Shown one piece after another: positions 13,802 through 19,067 of a DNA stretch of 64,000 nt. The position numbers and the translations under genes were made by a program. The notes beneath the pieces are model-generated. The model saw only the letters and a program-made list of their open reading frames with translations. It made no database searches and had not been told where the DNA came from. The stretch spans positions 5,544 to 69,543 of the IMG/VR virus record IMGVR_UViG_3300014205_000019; one strand, written 5' to 3'. The DNA is from a virus. Lineage: Duplodnaviria > Caudoviricetes. Position 1 is the first letter of the stretch; the number at the start of each line of letters is the position of its first letter.

Positions 13802-14172
13802 GCAATGATGCTTAATAGCCCGGATTCTGTCAGGCCCGGTATGTAACGACGTAATTACTCGTCTCCCTGCTGGCCTGTACTGACATCTCCCTCACAACGG
13901 AATACCATCCCCGTCGTGGCCTGCGTCTAAAGCATGGCTGCCCCCTACCATATTTGGGGTTACTCGCCCGCTCCTGTACCCCGTTTCACTCGGCAAGCAA
14001 TAAGCCGATATCGTCACTGTTGGCAGGAACTCTTGCCCTTGCTAGTGGGCAGGCCGACCTTATTAGAGTCGAGCGGTTTTACATGGGTACCACCCCATGT
14101 GCGAGGCCGGAACTTGTTCCTCTATAATGTTTACCTTGCGGAACATTACAGCGTCAGAGTCCACATCATTAC
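13802..14172 (-). ncRNA. rnpB: RNase P RNA (bacterial-type ribozyme), about 371 nt
   Basis: P1 GTAATGATGT/GCATCATTGC; P2 CTGAC/GTCAG; P3 GTAATGTT/AACATTAT; P4 5' GAGGAACAAGTTCCGG (14107-14122) and 3' ACAGAATCCGGGCTA (13816-13830); GTGAAACG and CAAATA landmarks in the expected order. Confidence 0.8.
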
Positions 14173-14181
14173 TATTTGGTA

Positions 14182-14197
14182 TGGTGTCCTTGCGGAC
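14182..14197 (-). ncRNA. 16-nt CCA-ended GNRA hairpin just before the RNase P RNA
   Basis: GTCC-GCAA-GGAC-ACCA, followed by a second TACCA. Confidence 0.55.
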
Positions 14198-14198
14198 G

Positions 14199-14275
14199 TG
14201 GTGCTTGTCGTGGGATTCGAACCCACACTGTTACGTTTTTGAGACGTATCCCTCTGCCAATTGGAGTACACAAGC
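14199..14275 (-). tRNA. tRNA-Leu(CAA) with short variable loop
   Basis: TACGT-CT-CAA-AA-ACGTA, 5-nt variable region, ACCA. Confidence 0.85.
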
Positions 14276-14276
14276 A

Positions 14277-14352
14277 TGGTAGTCGCTACTGGATTCGAAC
14301 CAGTTTATCACGCTTATGAGACGTGCATCTTAACCCTGTTGATTCAGCGACC
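14277..14352 (-). tRNA. tRNA-Met(CAT), elongator (Ile2 not excluded)
   Basis: CT-CAT-AA, paired 1:72, ACCA. Confidence 0.85.
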
Positions 14353-14353
14353 G

Positions 14354-14423
14354 TGGTGCGAGTTGCTAGTCCGATTCGAACGGACGTATGTGCGACATAC
14401 CTACCTTGATTATGTAGCAACTC
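14354..14423 (-). ncRNA. 70-nt tRNA-like RNA with 9-bp acceptor and collapsed anticodon loop
   Basis: GAGTTGCTA/TAGCAACTC, GTATGT-CGC-ACATAC, GTCCG-TTCGAAT-CGGAC, GCACCA. Confidence 0.7.
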
Positions 14424-14521
14424 ATTCAATCTCTGTACTTTACTTCACCCACTCGACCAGCAGGTACCCTTAAATACTGGTTGTCTTAGCAGAGGACTGT
14501 ATTTCTGACCAGAGACTGAAT
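14424..14521 (-). ncRNA. Putative ~100-nt multibranch RNA without CCA
   Basis: 12-bp closing stem ATTCAGTCTCTG/CAGAGATTGAAT with inner ACCAG/CTGGT stem. Confidence 0.4.
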
Positions 14522-14525
14522 AGAG

Positions 14526-14553
14526 TGGCGAGAGTGTGCCCTCGTCAACTCGC
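14526..14553 (-). ncRNA. 28-nt CCA-ended microhelix
   Basis: GCGAGT/ACTCTC stem with one mismatch, GCCA end. Confidence 0.5.
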
Positions 14554-14554
14554 A

Positions 14555-14644
14555 TGGAAGATAGGGTGGGATTCGAACCCACGGAGCAAATCAATGCTCT
14601 CTCGTTTTCGAGACGAGTGCCGTAAGCCGCTTGGCTACCTATCC
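14555..14644 (-). tRNA. tRNA-Ser(CGA)
   Basis: Long variable arm, CT-CGA-AA, TCCA. Confidence 0.92.
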
Positions 14645-14645
14645 G

Positions 14646-14726
14646 TGGTTGGTGTCCTTGAAGAAGCCCGTCAGTAGATTATTTCTTCATTAGTCTACTG
14701 TTCTCACGTCACGGGACAATAAGGAC
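14646..14726 (-). ncRNA. 81-nt rod-like RNA ending ACCAACCA
   Basis: GTCCTT/AAGGAC, CCGT/ACGG and CAGTAGA/TCTACTG stems. Confidence 0.6.
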
Positions 14727-14727
14727 A

Positions 14728-14802
14728 TGGTTGAGGAAGTAGGATTCGAACCCACACCGTTTCGGTTCAAAGCCGAAAGACCTACCGTTAGTCTATTCCT
14801 CA
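14728..14802 (-). tRNA. tRNA-Gln(TTG)
   Basis: CT-TTG-AA, ACCA. Confidence 0.93.
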
Positions 14803-14803
14803 A

Positions 14804-14879
14804 TGGGGCGGAGTACGGGAATCGAACCCGCATTTACCGGGTCACAGCCGGTCGCTTGTACCAATAAGTTAACTCCACC
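14804..14879 (-). tRNA. tRNA-His(GTG)
   Basis: CT-GTG-AC, G-1:C73, CCA. Confidence 0.93.
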
Positions 14880-14880
14880 G

Positions 14881-14955
14881 TGGAGAGCCTAGCCAGAGTC
14901 GAACTGGCCTAAAGTAGTTTTGCAGACTACTGCCTTGCCGCTTGGCTATAGGCTC
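14881..14955 (-). tRNA. tRNA-Cys(GCA)
   Basis: CT-GCA-AA, U73, CCA. Confidence 0.93.
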
Positions 14956-14956
14956 A

Positions 14957-15002
14957 TGGTGCCCGGCCTACCTACGGTTCAATTACCGAATTGAGACTAG
15001 GC
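14957..15002 (-). ncRNA. 46-nt CCA-ended mini-tRNA
   Basis: GCCTAG/CCGGGC stem, CAATT-CGGT-AATTG arm, ACCA. Confidence 0.6.
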
Positions 15003-15003
15003 A

Positions 15004-15077
15004 TGGTGCAGCATGGGAGAATCGGACTCCCGCGTCAACGTTGGCAACGTTGCATTGTACCATTCAATTAATGCTGC
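15004..15077 (-). tRNA. tRNA-Gly(GCC)
   Basis: TT-GCC-AA, T-loop TCCGATT, ACCA. Confidence 0.9.
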
Positions 15078-15151
15078 TGGCACGGTGTGTAGGAATCGAA
15101 CCCACGTCTAGAGTTTTGGAGACACTAGTATTACCATTATACGAACACCGC
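15078..15151 (-). tRNA. tRNA-Trp(CCA)
   Basis: CT-CCA-AA, GCCA. Confidence 0.92.
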
Positions 15152-15152
15152 A

Positions 15153-15226
15153 TGGAGCATCATGCCGGTGCTGCCCCGGCGACCTCTGCTTGGAAGGCAG
15201 ATACGTTTCTGTTACGCCAATGATGC
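15153..15226 (-). tRNA. tRNA-Gly(TCC) with remodelled elbow
   Basis: CT-TCC-AA; T-loop GGCAGCA; D-loop without GG; U73 CCA. Confidence 0.85.
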
Positions 15227-15553
15227 TTGATATCTGTCGTATGTTCGTTGTCTGTGACAGTTAGAACAGACAAGTTCACACTTCTTGATTTCGTTTAATA
15301 TTCTTTCTTCACTGTAGGTTTGTCGTACCATAACCGAAATTTCTTTGAATTTCTTTTCATTTCCAAGATGGTCAAATTCCATAACATATGGGGGATATTT
15401 TATACCACAATCGGTACAGGGCTTATTTTTAAGACTATTTACAAACTCAAGTCTTTTCGTCCTGAGTTCCTTGTTCTTAAGGATATATTGTTCCTTATTT
15501 CTTTGGTAGTGTGTTAGTCCATCGACTTCACATTGAGAGCCTTCTTTCTTCAT
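15212..15553 (-). CDS. HNH endonuclease 3
   Basis: CTDCG...MEFDH...CELVCSNCHRQRT; own promoter; stop inside tRNA-Gly. Confidence 0.85.
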   Translation of the reverse strand: MKKEGSQCEVDGLTHYQRNKEQYILKNKELRTKRLEFVNSLKNKPCTDCGIKYPPYVMEFDHLGNEKKFKEISVMVRQTYSEERILNEIKKCELVCSNCHRQRTYDRYQASLA

Positions 15554-15561
15554 TACTTCCA

Positions 15562-15590
15562 ATTATATCATATTTTGGAAGTTTTGTCAA
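15562..15590 (-). promoter_or_regulatory. Consensus sigma70 promoter
   Basis: TTGACA-N17-TATAAT with TG; ATG 8 nt after the -10 box. Confidence 0.88.
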
Positions 15591-15711
15591 GTATGGAAGG
15601 CAGATTTCATACCATTAGAACAACGTCCCGTAACCTTACTTCTTACGCCTACGTGGGCCTATCGCGGCCTCCATGAGCGCCTTACCTATAATGTCTGCTG
15701 TGATGGTCTTT

Positions 15712-16020
15712 CTATCGGTCGTCGGACTCGTATTCTTCTTGCGAGTCGTCTTGCCTGTAGTATTCTTGCTTGCCATGCGTGAACCTCCGTGCCCTGCGAA
15801 CCGCCTCGGGAGGGGCTAGGGCCAGCACCTCGACAGGGAGGGCTTCCGTTCTCCCCTTCGGGGAGGGTGTCGCCTCCTGCTCGGTCAAATAACGGTGTCG
15901 CCCACAACTTATGCAGACGATTTTGTCCTCCGAGTGGATGCGCCCCATGCCCTGCCCGTATACAATATACCCGGCTTGGTATTCAAGGAACCCACCACAA
16001 TGTTCTCGGGGACACTTCAT
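15712..16020 (-). CDS. Zn-ribbon protein with acidic tail
   Basis: CPREHCGG...CISCGR. Confidence 0.6.
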   Translation of the reverse strand: MKCPREHCGGFLEYQAGYIVYGQGMGRIHSEDKIVCISCGRHRYLTEQEATPSPKGRTEALPVEVLALAPPEAVRRARRFTHGKQEYYRQDDSQEEYESDDR

Positions 16021-16106
16021 TACTTCTTCTTTCCGCCCTTCTTCTTAGGTGCGTCGTCTTTCTTCATCCAAGGTGGTAACTTCTTAGCCTTCTTCTTTAC
16101 TGGCAT
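16020..16106 (-). CDS. 28-aa Lys-rich peptide
   Basis: Hand-translated MPVKKKAKKLPPWMKKDDAPKKKGGKKK*; SD GGGGGTG; TAATG coupling. Confidence 0.6.
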   Translation of the reverse strand: MPVKKKAKKLPPWMKKDDAPKKKGGKKK

Positions 16107-16129
16107 TCATTCACCCCCGTGTTATTTAT

Positions 16130-16203
16130 TGGAGCACGCACCCGGAATTGGGCCGAGAATTGGATTTTACGAGAATCCCGTCTTACCGTTAGACTATGCG
16201 TGC
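16130..16203 (-). tRNA. tRNA-Thr(CGT)
   Basis: CT-CGT-AA; T-loop CCCAATT; TCCA. Confidence 0.88.
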
Positions 16204-16204
16204 A

Positions 16205-16278
16205 TGGAGCCGAAGCGGGGAATCGAACCCCGGTAGCCGCTTTACAAGAGCGGTGCAGTACCACTGTGCTACTCCGAC
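16205..16278 (-). tRNA. tRNA-Thr(TGT)
   Basis: CT-TGT-AA, TCCA. Confidence 0.93.
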
Positions 16279-16279
16279 A

Positions 16280-16354
16280 TGGCGCCCCGCAGAGGAATCG
16301 AACCCCTATGATAACTTTAGAAGAGTTATGTCCTGTCCGTTGAACGAGCGAGGC
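16280..16354 (-). tRNA. tRNA-Arg(TCT)
   Basis: CT-TCT-AA, GCCA. Confidence 0.93.
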
Positions 16355-16461
16355 GTGCCCGTTTACCAATGGCCGGGAGAATTGTAGTAATCATCGAGCG
16401 CCCACGTACTTGCATACCATAGCGCTTCTTGAATCTCTTCTTCTCTCGGTCGGTACTTTTA

Positions 16462-16490
16462 ATTATACCACTTTCTTCATTCATTGTCAA
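16462..16490 (-). promoter_or_regulatory. Consensus sigma70 promoter at the head of the tRNA array
   Basis: TTGACA-N17-TATAAT with TG. Confidence 0.88.
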
Positions 16491-16493
16491 TAC

Positions 16494-16685
16494 CTATCCT
16501 ATGATTTCCTCAACATTTTTCAATGTAGGAAGTGTTATACCACCTACCCACTTCATCAATTCTAGGTTGTTTCGCTGGTTGATATAGGCCACGCCAAATA
16601 GAAGCGCCGCTTCAAGCGCATCCTGATATGAAGAACCTGTTAGACGGGCCAGCGTTTCCACCAGCAAATCCACAGTAATATCCAT
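16494..16685 (-). CDS. Hypothetical protein (63 aa)
   Basis: MDITVDLLVETLARL...; downstream of the leftward promoter. Confidence 0.5.
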   Translation of the reverse strand: MDITVDLLVETLARLTGSSYQDALEAALLFGVAYINQRNNLELMKWVGGITLPTLKNVEEIIG

Positions 16686-16718
16686 ATGAACTCTCTTGTG
16701 AATTGTTTTCTTATCCAC

Positions 16719-16747
16719 TTGACAAACACCGCCTTTCGTGGTATGAT
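16719..16747 (+). promoter_or_regulatory. Rightward sigma70 promoter (packaging/virion module)
   Basis: TTGACA-N17-TATGAT with TG. Confidence 0.8.
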
Positions 16748-16774
16748 TATACCATATCGTACTTTCTTTGTCAA
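16746..16774 (-). promoter_or_regulatory. Leftward sigma70 promoter overlapping the rightward one
   Basis: TTGACA-N17-TATAAT with TG. Confidence 0.85.
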
Positions 16775-16788
16775 GTGAAAGGAACAAA

Positions 16789-17082
16789 ATGACAGAAGTA
16801 TTGTTAGGACAGCCAGACGCCACCCGCCGCCAGATTATCCTCCCACCGGGTGAACAGTTAGAAAGACTGACGGCTGACGTAGACCAAATCTACCAGATTC
16901 TCGAAGGCATGAGTAAGGCACTCCTACATCATGACCAAGCACTAAAGGAGATAGTTGCATTTGTAACTATCAAATTCAAGGAGTTGAATGACAAGCAATC
17001 CACTACTCAACCTAATGGAGTTGAAGAGTCAGCAGTCGAAGGAGATAGAGAACGAGGAACTACAAGTCCTCTACCAGACTAA
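16789..17082 (+). CDS. Hypothetical coiled-coil protein
   Basis: ATG 16789 after GAAAGGA. Confidence 0.55.
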   Translation: MTEVLLGQPDATRRQIILPPGEQLERLTADVDQIYQILEGMSKALLHHDQALKEIVAFVTIKFKELNDKQSTTQPNGVEESAVEGDRERGTTSPLPD

Positions 17083-17545
17083 TCCTTTGATTGGTGCTGG
17101 TGGTCTTATTGAGAATCTCAGTGACGACCAGCAGCGTTTCCTTGTGGCTAAGATGTTTGGCTCCACAGATGTTGGAGCGGCTCGTGCGTGCAATATAAAC
17201 GAAAACACGATGCGAAGTTGGAAGCAGCAAGACCCTGAATTCAAAGAGGTCTATCGGCTTGTTACAACTCAGCCCATCGAAATGGCCGCTCAGGTATCTG
17301 CCTTTGGATTTGCTAAGGCTATTGACTCGATTGTACGTATGATGGATTCGAACGACATTAAGGTTGTTCAATGGGCCATCGAGCGTATGTTGTCAATTGC
17401 CTCAGTAGGCAAGCAGCGTATCGAGGTCACACACAAAGAAGATAAGGGGGTGAGTGATCAAGATGTCGATGTTATCCTCAACAGACTCGAACAACGAAAA
17501 CAACAACGAAATGAATCCGATGGAGAAGGCTCTAGAGTTCTTTAA
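16988..17545 (+). CDS. Probable terminase small subunit
   Basis: HTH-like AARACNINENTMRSWKQQDPEFK; directly before TerL. Confidence 0.65.
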   Translation: MTSNPLLNLMELKSQQSKEIENEELQVLYQTNPLIGAGGLIENLSDDQQRFLVAKMFGSTDVGAARACNINENTMRSWKQQDPEFKEVYRLVTTQPIEMAAQVSAFGFAKAIDSIVRMMDSNDIKVVQWAIERMLSIASVGKQRIEVTHKEDKGVSDQDVDVILNRLEQRKQQRNESDGEGSRVL

Positions 17546-19067
17546 GTGTAAAGACGATATAAAGTATTTCGCTGAAAACTATATATACATTAACGACCCG
17601 CAGACCTATAGTACCTTCAAGTTCGAGGCGTGGGATTTTCAGAACGAACTGTTCGATACCTTTGACAAGTACAATAAGACTATTGTTCTTAAGGGCCGAC
17701 AGTTGGGTGTCTCGTGGTGTGTGGACATCTTTGCCCTTCACCGTGTTATGTTTTTTAACAACTCCAACGTGCTAATTCTTTCGAAGAGAGAGGACGAGGC
17801 ACAGCAGATGGTTGCCAAAATTAAGTTTATGTTTAACCATATGCCAGAGTGGATGCGCGCCGAACGTCCGGTTCATGGACGCGATGGCGGTAACAAAAAG
17901 GAAATGATTCTTGAAAAGAAGAACTCATCCGGTCAACTAGTTCATAGGGGCCGGGTTCTTGCGTTGCCTGCTACTAAGGATGCTGGACGTTCTGAGACAG
18001 CCTCTATCGTAATCGCAGATGAGTGGGCCTTCCACAAGTACGCTGAGGAAAACTGGACGGCTATCTCGCCTACCATCGACTCGGGCGGTAAGTTCATCGG
18101 GGTGTCTACGGCCAACGGTCTAGGCAACTTCTACTACAAACAGTGGAAGTTCGCAGAGCGCGGAGGTAATGGCTTCGAGGCTGTGTTCCTCTCCTACGAT
18201 CTAAGACCGGGACGTGACGAAGTATGGTATGAAGAGACTAAGCGCGGCTACCGCGATGAGAAACTCTTCCACCAAGAATACCCGCGTTCTCCTATGGAAG
18301 CCTTTATTACTACAGGTGGTTGTATCTTTGACCTAGAAGGCTTGCAGTTCCTTGCCGACAATGTTTGCAAGGAGCCTATGAAGTTCGAGGCGCTATCCAA
18401 GAATACCGGAATCGCCGAACTTGTAAAGCAATGGCCCGAAGTAAAGGTCTGGCATTTGCCCCGTACAGGTGCTAAGTATGTGGTGGGTTCTGACCCGGCT
18501 GGTGGCGATGCAGGTTCTGACTTCTCAGCGGCCTACATTCTAGATATTCTATCTAACGAACAGGTGGCTTCTATTCACGGTCGCATCGACCCTAACAACT
18601 TTGCCGGTCTAGTGGCGCAACTTGCTGAACTCTACAACAATGCTCTAGTAATCGTTGAAAGAAACAACCACGGTTACGCCGTACATGATGCACTTAAGAA
18701 CCAGTACAACTATAACAATGTGTTCACATACAGGAAGGATAGACAGTTCTCAGATGGCGACAACAAAGTTGGTATGCCTTCCAACTCTAAGACTAAGCCT
18801 ATTATGGAAACACATCTTCAAGTAAAAATACGAGAACGTCAACTAACTGTTTACGATTTGGACTTTGTATTCGAGGCGCAGTCCTATGTTCGCAAGGGCA
18901 ACGGACGAACTGGCGCAGATTCGGATGATGAGTTCGACGACCGGGTATCGGCTATGATGCTGGCGGTCATGGCAATGGAACACGGTGGAGTCTCCAAGGC
19001 TCGTGCCGCAGGGTATCAAGTAAGAAGCAAGGTTGCTGGACACTTTAGGACGAGGCACAGAAAATAA
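17454..19067 (+). CDS. terL: Terminase large subunit
   Basis: LKGRQLGVSW, IADEWAF, STANG, GSDPAGG...SDFSAA, ERNNHG, DDRV; start may be 17511. Confidence 0.93.
   Translation: MIKMSMLSSTDSNNENNNEMNPMEKALEFFKCKDDIKYFAENYIYINDPQTYSTFKFEAWDFQNELFDTFDKYNKTIVLKGRQLGVSWCVDIFALHRVMFFNNSNVLILSKREDEAQQMVAKIKFMFNHMPEWMRAERPVHGRDGGNKKEMILEKKNSSGQLVHRGRVLALPATKDAGRSETASIVIADEWAFHKYAEENWTAISPTIDSGGKFIGVSTANGLGNFYYKQWKFAERGGNGFEAVFLSYDLRPGRDEVWYEETKRGYRDEKLFHQEYPRSPMEAFITTGGCIFDLEGLQFLADNVCKEPMKFEALSKNTGIAELVKQWPEVKVWHLPRTGAKYVVGSDPAGGDAGSDFSAAYILDILSNEQVASIHGRIDPNNFAGLVAQLAELYNNALVIVERNNHGYAVHDALKNQYNYNNVFTYRKDRQFSDGDNKVGMPSNSKTKPIMETHLQVKIRERQLTVYDLDFVFEAQSYVRKGNGRTGADSDDEFDDRVSAMMLAVMAMEHGGVSKARAAGYQVRSKVAGHFRTRHRK

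Noticed and set aside
15594-15685. Another CCA-ended stem (AAGGCG/TGCCTT-CCA) with inner hairpins
   Set aside because: No unpaired discriminator, short closing stem and not flanked by 1-nt spacers; too weak to count with the others
8891-16354. tmRNA or suppressor tRNA in the array
   Set aside because: No CTA/TTA/TCA anticodon; no mini-RNA has G3:U70; no tag reading frame with a tRNA-like domain found
8818-16387. Many 60-115 aa ORFs on both strands over the tRNA genes
   Set aside because: They overlap well-formed tRNAs or the RNase P RNA and have no SD or protein motifs
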